DNA of 34,735 bases from an uncultured Desulfuromonas sp. (lineage in GTDB: Bacteria > Desulfobacterota > Desulfuromonadia > Desulfuromonadales > Trichloromonadaceae), in contig CALJLX010000142.1 in the NCBI GenBank assembly GCA_937982495.1, forward strand, positions 1 to 34,735, given 5' to 3'. The translations under genes were made by a program, and so were the position numbers. The first letter of the stretch is position 1; each line of letters starts with the position of its first letter. The notes below the pieces were generated by a model. The model saw only the letters and a list, made by a program, of their open reading frames with translations. It was not told where the DNA came from and ran no database searches. This document shows, piece by piece, positions 8,696-17,607 of the stretch.

Positions 8696-9961
8696 ATGGA
8701 TATTCTTGCCTTGAATTGCGGCAGTTCCTCGGTCAAATATCAGCTTTTTGACTGGGACAAGAAAGTGGTCGTCGCCAAGGGCATGGTGGAGCGCGTCACC
8801 ATCGGCGACTCCTACATCGTCCATGAGGTACCCGGTCGGGACAATTATCGGGAAGAGTACGAGTGCCCCGACCATAAGGTGGCCATCCATCTCATCATTA
8901 AAACCCTGACCGATTCCAGGCATGGCGTGGTCAAAGACATGAGCCAGATCTCGGCGGTCGGCCACCGGGTGGTTCATGGCGGCGAGAAATTCACCTGCTC
9001 GGTTCGCATCGATGACGCGGTTCTCGACGCCATCAAAGAGGTCCAACACCTCGCCCCCCTGCACAACCCGCCCAACATCGCCGGCATCGAGGCCGCCCAA
9101 GCGGTCTTGCCCGAAGCTCCGCACATCGCCATTTTCGATACGGCCTTTCATCAGACCATGCCGGCTCATGCCTATACCTATCCCCTGCCTTATGAGTGGT
9201 ACGAAAAATACGGTGTGCGCCGTTACGGTTTTCACGGCACCAGCCATCTTTACGTATCCAAGCGCGCGGCGGTTCTGCTCGGCAAAGACCCTAAAGAGTG
9301 CAACATCATCACCATGCATATCGGCAACGGCGTTTCCCACTCGGCCATCAAGGGGGGTGTTTCGGTGGACACTTCCATGGGCCTCACCCCTCTCGAAGGG
9401 GCGGTCATGGGCACCCGTTGCGGGGATATCGATCCCGCGATTCCCGCCTTCATCATGGAGCGGGAAGGCTACACCTCGAAGGAGATCGATTCGATCCTCA
9501 ACAAGAAATCCGGGGTTCTCGGCATCACCGGGCGTTTCACCGACCGGCGCGACGTCATTTCCGGAGCCAATGAGGGTTGCGATCGCTGCAAACTCTCCCT
9601 GGAGATCGAATCCTACCGGCTGAAGAAGTATATCGGCGCCTACGCAGCGGCGATCGGCGGTATCGATGCCGTGGTTTTTACCGCCGGGGTTGGCGAAATG
9701 GCCTGGCTGATTCGTGAGATGACCTTGGACGGGCTTGAATTCATGGGGATCTACCTGGACAAGGAAATCAACCGCACGACCATGACCCGCAAAAAGGAAA
9801 CCCTGATCACCCGCCCCGACTCGCCGGTCAAGGTCTTTGTCATCCCAACCGACGAGGAACTGGTCTTTACCGAGGATGTCGTGGCGATCCTTGACGGCTC
9901 CTACACCGACCACATGAACTTCAAATATTCTTTTTCCGGCAAAGAATTCCAGCGCAAATAG
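8696..9961 (+). CDS. ackA: acetate kinase
   Basis: LNCGSSSVKYQL, GHRVVHGG, APLHNP, RRYGFHGTSH, DTSMGLTPLEG and IPTDEE; RBS GGAGGAGG. Confidence 0.97.
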   Translation: MDILALNCGSSSVKYQLFDWDKKVVVAKGMVERVTIGDSYIVHEVPGRDNYREEYECPDHKVAIHLIIKTLTDSRHGVVKDMSQISAVGHRVVHGGEKFTCSVRIDDAVLDAIKEVQHLAPLHNPPNIAGIEAAQAVLPEAPHIAIFDTAFHQTMPAHAYTYPLPYEWYEKYGVRRYGFHGTSHLYVSKRAAVLLGKDPKECNIITMHIGNGVSHSAIKGGVSVDTSMGLTPLEGAVMGTRCGDIDPAIPAFIMEREGYTSKEIDSILNKKSGVLGITGRFTDRRDVISGANEGCDRCKLSLEIESYRLKKYIGAYAAAIGGIDAVVFTAGVGEMAWLIREMTLDGLEFMGIYLDKEINRTTMTRKKETLITRPDSPVKVFVIPTDEELVFTEDVVAILDGSYTDHMNFKYSFSGKEFQRK

Positions 9962-9991
9962 GTCCGAGCGGGGGCCGAGGCATCGCGGCGC

Positions 9992-10034
9992 TGATGACCG
10001 AAGACCGACGGAGATCCGTCGGTCTTCGTCGTCA
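9992..10034. other. long intergenic hairpin without a U-tract
   Basis: GAAGACCGACGGA-GA-TCCGTCGGTCTTC (10000-10027), extendable with TGATGAC/GTCGTCA. Confidence 0.6.
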
Positions 10035-10102
10035 CAGGCCGCATCTCCCCCCTCCCAGGACGAACCCGTCCATCGTTCAGGTACCACGGAGGTAATTAAT
10101 AC

Positions 10103-11020
10103 ATGCTCGGCATCGAGGAAATCGGCTACTACATTCCCCAGGGAAGAATCTCCAATTACGACAGGAAAACCCAGTTCGGTATCGACGATCACTTCATCGA
10201 AGAGAAGATCGGCGTCCGCCAGGTTTCTCTGAAAAGCCCCGATGAAGAGACTTCTGATCTATGCGTCAAGGCCTTCGCCAACCTCCGGAAAAAAATCGCT
10301 GTCAACCTGAATGACATCGAAGCCGTGGTCGTTGTTACCCAGAACCCCGACCGCAACATTCCCCACACCTCGGCCATGCTTCACGGCAAGCTCGCACTGC
10401 CCAATCGATGCGCCTGTTTCGACATCTCCCTCGGCTGTTCCGGGTTTGTCTACGCCCTCTCCATCTTCCAGGCGTTCATGGCGGCCAACGGCATGAAAAA
10501 GGGACTGCTCTTCACCGCCGATCCCTATTCAAAAATCACCGATCCCAATGACAAGAACACCACGTTGCTCTTCGGCGACGCGGCGGCGGTGACCCTGATC
10601 AGCGATCAACCCAAACTTGTCTCCGGCGCCTTTACTTTCGGCACGATCGGCGCCGAACATGAGAAGCTCATCTGTAACGACGGCATCCTCTTCATGCATG
10701 GTCGGGCTGTCTTCAATTTCGCCGCCAAGGTCATTCCCGACGACATCCGCCAAGTGGTGGCCAAGAATGCCCTGACCCTTGAGCAGGTCGACCTCTTCCT
10801 GCTGCACCAGGGGAGCAAGATCATCGTCGAAACCATCGCCGACAAGTTGCCGGTATCCCGGGAAAAGGCCCCTTACGCCACCTATGATTACGGCAATACG
10901 GTCTCTTCGACCCTGCCGATCCTGCTCGCCGACGAACTTTCGGGAACCGCGCGCAATATCGTCATCTGCGGCTTCGGCGTCGGCCTTTCCTGGGCAAGCG
11001 GACTATTGAAAAGGCCGTGA
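10103..11020 (+). CDS. 3-oxoacyl-ACP synthase III family (FabH-like)
   Basis: Catalytic triad C (LGCSG), H (LHQG), N (YGNT); LFGDAAA and GFGVGLSW; RBS GGAGGT. Confidence 0.9.
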   Translation: MLGIEEIGYYIPQGRISNYDRKTQFGIDDHFIEEKIGVRQVSLKSPDEETSDLCVKAFANLRKKIAVNLNDIEAVVVVTQNPDRNIPHTSAMLHGKLALPNRCACFDISLGCSGFVYALSIFQAFMAANGMKKGLLFTADPYSKITDPNDKNTTLLFGDAAAVTLISDQPKLVSGAFTFGTIGAEHEKLICNDGILFMHGRAVFNFAAKVIPDDIRQVVAKNALTLEQVDLFLLHQGSKIIVETIADKLPVSREKAPYATYDYGNTVSSTLPILLADELSGTARNIVICGFGVGLSWASGLLKRP

Positions 11021-11034
11021 TTGCTGATAGTTTA

Positions 11035-11077
11035 GATACAAAAAAGCCGGCGAGATTTTCGCCGGCTTTTTTGTATC
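11035..11077. terminator. bidirectional intrinsic terminator
   Basis: Perfect 19-bp inverted repeat GATACAAAAAAGCCGGCGA-GATTT-TCGCCGGCTTTTTTGTATC. Confidence 0.9.
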
Positions 11078-11094
11078 ATTCATTCACAAGAGCG

Positions 11095-12096
11095 CTACCC
11101 TTGTGCCTGCACCGCCGTGATCGCCGCGACACTAATGATATCCTCGACCGAGCAACCGCGCGAGAGATCGTTGACCGGCTTGGCCAGGCCTTGGATGATC
11201 GGACCGACCGCCTCGGCTCCGGCCAGTCGCTCGACCAGTTTATAGGCGATATTGCCAGCATCCAGATCGGGGAAGATCAGGGTGTTGGCCTTGCCGGCGA
11301 CCGTGGAGCCGGGCGCCTTCTTGGCGCCGACCTTGGGCAGCAGGGCGGCGTCAGCCTGAAGCTCGCCGTCGATCTGCAGGTCGGGGGCCAAGCCCTTGGC
11401 GATTTCCAGGGCCTTGAGCACCTTGTCCACATCGTCATGGCTGGCGCTTCCCTTGGTCGAAAAGGAGAGCATCGCCACCCGGGCATCGACCCCGAGAAAG
11501 CTTTTGCAACTACCAGCGGTGCTGACCGCGATCTCCGCCAGCGCCTGGGCGTCGGGATTGGGATTGACCGCGCAGTCGGCGAAACAGATGACGCCGTTCT
11601 CGCCGAATTCAGGGGTTTTGGTCACCATCAGGAAGACCGATGAGACGGTCTTCATGCCGGGCGCGGTGCCAATCACCTGGAAAGCGGCACGCAAGACGTC
11701 TCCCGTGGTATTATCGGCCCCGGCAACGGCCCCGCCGGCATCCCCGAGGCGCACCATCATTGCGCCATAGTAGAGGTTATCCGCCCCGATCAAGAGCTTT
11801 TTCGCCTCTGCGGCGGTCAAACCCTTGCTCTTGCGCAACGCCACCAGTTCGTCGACATAGGCGTCCAGGCGCGGGGAGTCCTTGGGGTCGAGCAATACGA
11901 CCCCGTCCAGGGATGCACCGAGTTCAACGGCCTTTTTTTTCAGGACATCGGGGTTCCCCAGCAGCACGACCTTGGCCAAACCCTCTTTGACAATACGCCC
12001 GGCGGCCTGAACCATCCGATCGTCATAGCCTTCGGGCAAGACCACGGTTTGCAGGCCGGCGCGGGCCTTCGCCTTGATTTGCTCCACCAAATGCAT
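11095..12096 (-). CDS. pta: phosphate acetyltransferase (short class I)
   Basis: [36 protein letters not shown] and NDLSRGCS. Confidence 0.97.
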   Translation of the reverse strand: MHLVEQIKAKARAGLQTVVLPEGYDDRMVQAAGRIVKEGLAKVVLLGNPDVLKKKAVELGASLDGVVLLDPKDSPRLDAYVDELVALRKSKGLTAAEAKKLLIGADNLYYGAMMVRLGDAGGAVAGADNTTGDVLRAAFQVIGTAPGMKTVSSVFLMVTKTPEFGENGVICFADCAVNPNPDAQALAEIAVSTAGSCKSFLGVDARVAMLSFSTKGSASHDDVDKVLKALEIAKGLAPDLQIDGELQADAALLPKVGAKKAPGSTVAGKANTLIFPDLDAGNIAYKLVERLAGAEAVGPIIQGLAKPVNDLSRGCSVEDIISVAAITAVQAQG

Positions 12097-12137
12097 GTAA
12101 ATACCTCCTCCAAAACAAGGTTTGAATTTAGAAAATA

Positions 12138-12166
12138 CTTATAACCGATAGGGGATTTACGGTCAA
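12138..12166 (-). promoter_or_regulatory. sigma70 promoter for pta
   Basis: Minus strand TTGACC-N17-TATAAG. Confidence 0.6.
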
Positions 12167-12278
12167 CTCATTTCCCGCAAAATCCTCTTCGCCCCCGCCA
12201 CAGATTCCTCCCCGAAAACTCCCGCCTTCATGTATACTGACCCCCGCATTGTGAATTCCGCGCCCTTTGTATGGACCC

Positions 12279-13241
12279 ATGAATCAGAACCGTCGCTCGG
12301 ACATCTTCCTGCTGGGATTCATCCTCCTCTCCCTGCTTTTACACCTGCTCTTTTTGTTTCTAGCCCCCAAACAGGCATGGGTCCCGGCCGAAGCGGAGAA
12401 GAAGCCGGTCTATGTCGATCTGCGTCCACCGCAACCCCTGAGTCGGGAACTCGACTTGCCGACCCCCAAGGTTCCGGAAAAGCCCCGGGAAACCCCAGCC
12501 AAACGCTTGGCGGATGCGGATCGCCAGGCGGAGAAAGAGCGTGCTCCCAAGGGGCGGGATTTCGAGGACAGCACCCCCAAGGCGCAGACGCCCCCCCCTC
12601 CCGCCCCCTCGACAAAACCGGCACCCAAACCCGTCAAGCCAGCGCCGCAACCAACCCGACCAGCCGCGAAACCGGCTCCCAAGACGGTCAAACCGCCCCC
12701 GGATCGGCGCGAGCGTCCCCAGGGAGAGGGTCCGGCGCGCCCCCGGGAACCCGCGTCTGAGGCTCCGGCCTCATCGCCCCAGGCCCAGCCGCGGCGCTCG
12801 GCGGAGGAACTGAAAAACCTCAATCTTCTGGCATCGGCCAAGACCGCCGCCGCCAACGTGGGGGAGCAGTGGCGGCGCAAATACCGGGCGGAGGTCGACG
12901 ATGGGGATACGGTTTGGCTGGACACGGAAAAGGACATTCTCATTTCCTTTTTCCAGCGGTTCCGCACGAATGTCTATATGGTCTGGAATTATCCGGAACG
13001 GGCGCGGCAACTGGGGCAGGAAGGGGTTTGCCTGCTGCGGGTGACAATCACCCGGGAGGGAGAGGTAAAAAACGTGATTCTCAAGGAAAGCAGCGGGCAT
13101 CCGCTGCTGGATAACGAAGCCATGCGCGCGGTGCGCAAAGGCGCCTCCTACGGCCCCCTACCCACCGCCTACCCCAAAGACGAGCTCAACATCATGGTCT
13201 TCTTCCATTATGGTCTCGACCGACGCCCGGCACTCTACTGA
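12279..13241 (+). CDS. TonB/TolA-family energy transducer
   Basis: N-terminal TM with SLLLH motif, Pro/Lys-rich linker and C-terminal YPERA..G.EG...SSGHPLLDNEA TonB_C domain. Confidence 0.88.
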   Translation: MNQNRRSDIFLLGFILLSLLLHLLFLFLAPKQAWVPAEAEKKPVYVDLRPPQPLSRELDLPTPKVPEKPRETPAKRLADADRQAEKERAPKGRDFEDSTPKAQTPPPPAPSTKPAPKPVKPAPQPTRPAAKPAPKTVKPPPDRRERPQGEGPARPREPASEAPASSPQAQPRRSAEELKNLNLLASAKTAAANVGEQWRRKYRAEVDDGDTVWLDTEKDILISFFQRFRTNVYMVWNYPERARQLGQEGVCLLRVTITREGEVKNVILKESSGHPLLDNEAMRAVRKGASYGPLPTAYPKDELNIMVFFHYGLDRRPALY

Positions 13242-13267
13242 GCAACGGGGCGTCGGTCGAGAGGCGG

Positions 13268-13654
13268 TTATTCTTCCTCGGCAATGAACTCCTGGTACGC
13301 CTCCACATCCATCAACTCGTCGAGGTCGGCGTTCTCCGCCAGGCGGATTTTGACCAGCCAGGCATCCTCGTAGGGAGAAGTGTTGACCAGCTCCGGGGCG
13401 TCCTGCAGCTCTTCGTTCACTTCGATAACTTCACCGGAAATCGGCGCGTAGACATCGGAGACAGCCTTGACCGACTCGACCACGCCGAAAGGCTTGCCAC
13501 ATTCCAGCAACGCCCCCTCTTCGGGCAACTCGACGAAGACCACATCCCCCAGGGAGTCCTGGGCAAAATCGGTCACGCCGATGGTGGCGATGCCATCCTC
13601 CAACAATACCCACACATGCTCCTCGGTGTACTTCAATTCTTCGGGGAATTCCAT
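13268..13654 (-). CDS. gcvH: glycine cleavage system H protein
   Basis: IGVTDFAQDSLGDVVFVELP, lipoyl-Lys motif VESVKAVSD and VNTSPY. Confidence 0.96.
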   Translation of the reverse strand: MEFPEELKYTEEHVWVLLEDGIATIGVTDFAQDSLGDVVFVELPEEGALLECGKPFGVVESVKAVSDVYAPISGEVIEVNEELQDAPELVNTSPYEDAWLVKIRLAENADLDELMDVEAYQEFIAEEE

Positions 13655-13709
13655 ACTCTCCTCCTGCGATTGGAAACGGGTTCCGACCGCACTGCGGGCG
13701 GTGGAACCG

Positions 13710-14564
13710 TCAAGCGAGAATATCGGCGATGCGCTCCTCGTGCCCCAGGGTCATGAGATGCACACCCTGGCATAACCGGCGGGCATGCTCAACCATCTCA
13801 CGGGCGATGGCAATGCCTTCCTCCAACGGATCGACGGCGGCATCGAGCCGTTCGACGAGCCGCGCCGGGATCCGAACACCGGGAATGGAGCGGTTGAGAA
13901 ATTCGGCCATACGCGCGTTCTTAAGCAGCAGTACCCCGAGCAGCACGGGCTTTCCCAACGGGTTGGCCGCGTCCATGAAGCGCGTCAGCTTGTCGACATC
14001 ATAAACCGCCTGGGTCTGAAAAAACGCGGTCCCGGCCTGGGCCTTCTTGGCAAATTTCTGGAACATCAGCTCAAAGGGTTCCGCCTCGGGGGTCACCGCG
14101 GCGCCGGCGAAAAAATGCGGGACGCCGCGCAACGGCTTGCCCGCCATATCGTGCCCCGAACAGAGGCCCCGCACCGCCGCCATCAGCTGGATGGAATCGA
14201 GATCGAAAACCGACCGGGCCTGGGGATGATCGCCGAAACAGGCATGATCGCCGGAAAGGAGGAGAAGGTTTTCGATTCCGAGGGCGGCCGCGCCGAGGAG
14301 GTCGGACTGCAGGGCCATGCGGTTACGATCCCGGCAGGTCAGCTGCAGGATCGGTTCGATCCCCTCGCGCAACAGAAGAGCGGATAGAGCCAGGGGGGAA
14401 AGGCGCATATTCGCCCCTTGGTTGTCGGTGACGTTCACCGCCGCAAGCCCCTTCATCAGCCGGGCCTTGCTCAGGGCGCGGGATATATCAATCCCTTTGG
14501 GCGGGGCGATTTCGGCGGTGACGACAAAGCGGCCAGCGGCCAGATGTTCGGCAAGTTTCGACAT
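13710..14564 (-). CDS. metF: methylenetetrahydrofolate reductase, catalytic subunit
   Basis: TAEIAPPKG, NVTDN, QLTCRDRNR.ALQS, LSGD, FDLDS and FFQTQAVYD. Confidence 0.92.
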   Translation of the reverse strand: MSKLAEHLAAGRFVVTAEIAPPKGIDISRALSKARLMKGLAAVNVTDNQGANMRLSPLALSALLLREGIEPILQLTCRDRNRMALQSDLLGAAALGIENLLLLSGDHACFGDHPQARSVFDLDSIQLMAAVRGLCSGHDMAGKPLRGVPHFFAGAAVTPEAEPFELMFQKFAKKAQAGTAFFQTQAVYDVDKLTRFMDAANPLGKPVLLGVLLLKNARMAEFLNRSIPGVRIPARLVERLDAAVDPLEEGIAIAREMVEHARRLCQGVHLMTLGHEERIADILA

Positions 14565-14587
14565 CTTCGTTCTTCCGAAAGGGCGGA

Positions 14588-15235
14588 TCAGCCCGGGATT
14601 TTATGACGACCGGGCTTTTGCACCTTCCCCCAGTTTTTAGGCGGGACCGTCCGCGCGAATACCCCCTTGCGATTCTGTTTCTTCAGCCGTTCGTAAATCA
14701 GGTGCCAGGCGCAGTCGAGTTCGCGATCGGCCTCGCATTTGCCCTCCTCCATCCCGCCGCAGGGACCGTTAAGCAGTCCCTTGGCGCAGTTGGTTACCGG
14801 ACAGATACAGGCGGTTTCGTTGAGGATGCATTCCCCGCACAGGGAACATTTCTCCTCATACTGACCGAAACGGCGGATGTTGCCGAGAAAGAGGGAATTA
14901 AGCGCGCCCAGCACGCGCTTGTCGCTGTTGCTGGAGACCGATTGAACACCGGCGCCGCAGGCCATGACCAGCAGGGCATCGGCCGCCTCAACCTGCGCTT
15001 TGAGCTGACGCAGATCGCGCCCCGCGCGCATGATATGGCAGGCTTCGTCGATAATGACGGTTCCGGTCGTTTCCTTGCCGAGACTCGCCAGCCATTCCTG
15101 CATGCGAAAAACCTCTTCCTCCCCCCCGGACTTGCATACCGTGGCACAGGCCCCGCAGCCGACGATAAAAAGACGCTCCTTGCCGTCCAGAATTTCCAGC
15201 AATTCTTCCTTGCTCTTCTGTACGCTGATGATCAT
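14588..15235 (-). CDS. metV: MetV-type Fe-S/Zn MTHFR accessory subunit
   Basis: GCGACATVC..GG, ACGAGVQ, CSLCGEC...CP.TNCAKGLLNGPCGG...C...CAW; lies directly upstream of metF. Confidence 0.85.
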   Translation of the reverse strand: MIISVQKSKEELLEILDGKERLFIVGCGACATVCKSGGEEEVFRMQEWLASLGKETTGTVIIDEACHIMRAGRDLRQLKAQVEAADALLVMACGAGVQSVSSNSDKRVLGALNSLFLGNIRRFGQYEEKCSLCGECILNETACICPVTNCAKGLLNGPCGGMEEGKCEADRELDCAWHLIYERLKKQNRKGVFARTVPPKNWGKVQKPGRHKIPG

Positions 15236-15304
15236 CGCCGTGGTTCCGTGCAGAGACAAGGGCGCCCGAATCGGTTGCAGAGATTCGGGCGCCGTCTTGG
15301 GGTT

Positions 15305-16159
15305 TTATTTGCCGGCAGCACGCCGCTTGGCGCTCTCGACCGTGTTGTAGAGCAGCATGGTGATGGTCATCGGCCCGACCCCGCCGGGCACCGGAGTAAT
15401 GGCGCCGGCCCGCTCCTTGGCGGCAGCGAATTCCACATCCCCCACCAGCTTCTTCTCACCGACCCTGTTGACACCGACATCGATCACCACCGCGCCCGGT
15501 TTGATCCAATCGCCCTTGATCATTTCGGGCTGTCCGACGGCGGCGATCACCACGTCGGCCCGGCCGACCTGCTCGGCAAGATCCCGGGTGCGGGAATGAC
15601 AGATGGTGACGGTGGCATGTTCGGCCAGGCACATGAGCGCCACTGGCTTGCCGACAATATTCGAGCGACCGACGACCACGACTTCCTTCCCCTTGAGATC
15701 CACCCCGGAATGCTCCAGCATCTTCATCACACCATAAGGTGTGCAGGGGCGAAAGAGAGGGTTGCCCGTCGCCAGGCGGCCGACATTGTAAGGATGAAAC
15801 CCGTCCACATCTTTCTTAGGGGAAATCGCTTCCAGTACCTTGCTTTCGTCGATCTGCTTGGGTAGGGGCAGCTGCACCAGGATGCCGTCGATGCGCGAAT
15901 CCTCGTTAAGCTGGCCGATCAGCTGTAAAAGCTCGGCTTCACTGGTCGATTCCGGAAGCTTATGCTCGTCGGAGAAAATCCCCGCCTGGGCGCAGGCCTT
16001 CTCCTTCATCGACACATAGACCCGGCTGGCCGGATCCTCTCCCACCAGGACCACCGCCAACCCGGGAGTTGTTCCTTGCGCGTTGAGCGCACCGACATCA
16101 GCGGCGATCGTCTGACGGATCCGTTCGGCGATCGCTTTGCCATCAATGATATTGTTCAC
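15305..16159 (-). CDS. folD: bifunctional methylene-THF dehydrogenase/cyclohydrolase
   Basis: [35 protein letters not shown] and [11 protein letters not shown]; GTG start. Confidence 0.97.
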   Translation of the reverse strand: MNNIIDGKAIAERIRQTIAADVGALNAQGTTPGLAVVLVGEDPASRVYVSMKEKACAQAGIFSDEHKLPESTSEAELLQLIGQLNEDSRIDGILVQLPLPKQIDESKVLEAISPKKDVDGFHPYNVGRLATGNPLFRPCTPYGVMKMLEHSGVDLKGKEVVVVGRSNIVGKPVALMCLAEHATVTICHSRTRDLAEQVGRADVVIAAVGQPEMIKGDWIKPGAVVIDVGVNRVGEKKLVGDVEFAAAKERAGAITPVPGGVGPMTITMLLYNTVESAKRRAAGK

Positions 16160-16186
16160 GTCCTGACCTCCTTGGATAGTGCGTCA

Positions 16187-16215
16187 ACTATACGAAAGGA
16201 ACCCCTGATTGTAAA
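16187..16215 (-). promoter_or_regulatory. sigma70 promoter for folD-metV-metF-gcvH
   Basis: Minus strand TTTACA-N17-TATAGT, about 27 bp before the start codon. Confidence 0.65.
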
Positions 16216-16275
16216 CGGGGAAAAGCCATGATTCCAGACGGATGCAGTATACGTCGACCAACCTTGGCGGAAGAT

Positions 16276-16351
16276 GTCAACATCTCGACAGTCCATAGTG
16301 GAACCCTATGAACTGCGCAGCAAACGCCCAAATAAGTCAAAATACCGACAG
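16276..16351. promoter_or_regulatory. paired enhancer-like sites (GTC-N8-GAC)
   Basis: GTCAAcatctCGACAG at 16276 and GTCAAaatacCGACAG at 16336, exactly 60 bp apart. Confidence 0.55.
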
Positions 16352-16501
16352 CATAAAAATTAACAAATATGTAATCAAAGGATCTTTAGTATCGCCAAGC
16401 CGTCTGAACAAAAAAACTCGCTTTATTTTTCAGTGAGTTAAGAATCTCCCGCAAAGCTGACCAGAAAAAAATTCCTCATTTCTATTTTCTTACCTTTTGG
16501 A

Positions 16502-16518
16502 TGGCATAATAACTGCTA
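16502..16518 (+). promoter_or_regulatory. sigma54 (-24/-12) promoter of the diguanylate cyclase
   Basis: TGGCATAATAACTGCTA: GG-N10-GC, about 50 bp before ATG 16570. Confidence 0.7.
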
Positions 16519-16569
16519 ATCGAGTTAACAACCGCCAAACCTCGCTCAATCCTTCGTCAAGGATAAGCC

Positions 16570-17562
16570 ATGACCGCTACCGCCCTGATTCTAGACAAAT
16601 CCGCCGACCGCCTCCGGGAACTCACGCAGCTCGTGACCGGAACAGGATGCTTCGACCGTGTCCTTTGCTGTACGAGCGGACGCGAGGCCCTCAAGTGCCT
16701 TGAACTAAACGGAGTCGACATCATTTTTCACGGCACCCGACGGGTTTCAAGGAAAAGCCTCTCCTGGCTAGGTCGCCTCGAAAAAAACGACTCCTGGCTG
16801 GACATTCCCATCCTGGTTTTTTCCGCCGCGGAACAGGACGAAGACCGGATTTTTTGCATCGAGGCCGGGGCAGCGGACTGCCTCTCCCCACATATCCCCA
16901 AGCGGGAACTGCGGGCGCGCATTCTGCGCTTTCTTTCCGGAAAAAAACGTATCGAAAAACTGCGTACGACCAACGAGCAACTGGCGCGCATGGCGATCAC
17001 CGACCCCCTGACCGGCGTCGGCAACCGGCGTCATTTCGACGACGCCCTGATCGCGGAACTGAAGCGCAACAACCGCTCACGTACCCCGCTTGCGCTACTG
17101 ATGATCGATATCGATCACTTCAAACGGGTCAACGACAGCGTTGGTCATCAGGCGGGGGACCGGATCCTGAAAATTGTCGCCGAAACCCTGCGCGTCAGCA
17201 TCCGTAGCTACGACACCCTCTGTCGCTTCGGCGGCGAGGAATTCGCCATCATCATGCCCGACAGCTCGGCGAGCCAAGCTTCCTCCGTCGCTGAACGCAT
17301 CCGTCGGGAAATCGCCGCCATCAATGCCCGGGGTGCCCTTGGTGATTTCCCCCTAACCGTGAGTATTGGCCTGCGCCCGGTCCGCGGATCGGAAACCATC
17401 GACGCGGCGCAACTGATTTCCGAAGCCGACCAGGCTCTGTATCGAGCCAAGAACGGCGGTCGCAATCGGGTCGAGATATTCCGTCCCGTTGATGATTTTA
17501 TCTTCGCCCAACCACAACACCGGCCACGCTTTTCTCCGCTCACACCTGCCCTTTCTCTTTAA
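16570..17562 (+). CDS. diguanylate cyclase with degenerate receiver domain
   Basis: TDPLTGVGNRR, MIDIDHFKRVND, RSYD I-site, GGEEF and ADQALYRAK. N-terminus is REC-like (IPILVFS, GAADCL). Confidence 0.92.
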   Translation: MTATALILDKSADRLRELTQLVTGTGCFDRVLCCTSGREALKCLELNGVDIIFHGTRRVSRKSLSWLGRLEKNDSWLDIPILVFSAAEQDEDRIFCIEAGAADCLSPHIPKRELRARILRFLSGKKRIEKLRTTNEQLARMAITDPLTGVGNRRHFDDALIAELKRNNRSRTPLALLMIDIDHFKRVNDSVGHQAGDRILKIVAETLRVSIRSYDTLCRFGGEEFAIIMPDSSASQASSVAERIRREIAAINARGALGDFPLTVSIGLRPVRGSETIDAAQLISEADQALYRAKNGGRNRVEIFRPVDDFIFAQPQHRPRFSPLTPALSL

Positions 17563-17570
17563 CCTTTCAC

Positions 17571-17607
17571 AAAAAAATCCCCGGCAAATCAAGCCGGGGA
17601 TTTTTTT
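17571..17607. terminator. bidirectional intrinsic terminator
   Basis: AAAAAAATCCCCGGC-AAATCAA-GCCGGGGATTTTTTT. Confidence 0.88.

Noticed and set aside
8693-10192. 499-aa antisense ORF over ackA (similarly 14603..15865, 17908..19044 and those in the ribosomal cluster)
   Set aside because: Antisense open frames are expected from codon bias in GC-rich, conserved genes; no independent evidence.
16160-16500. THF/ZTP riboswitch before folD, or c-di-GMP riboswitch (CGCAAAGC at ~16450) before the cyclase
   Set aside because: The folD promoter leaves a leader of only about 20 nt. The GCAAAGC lacks the GNRA P2 hairpin and lies upstream of the predicted sigma54 start.
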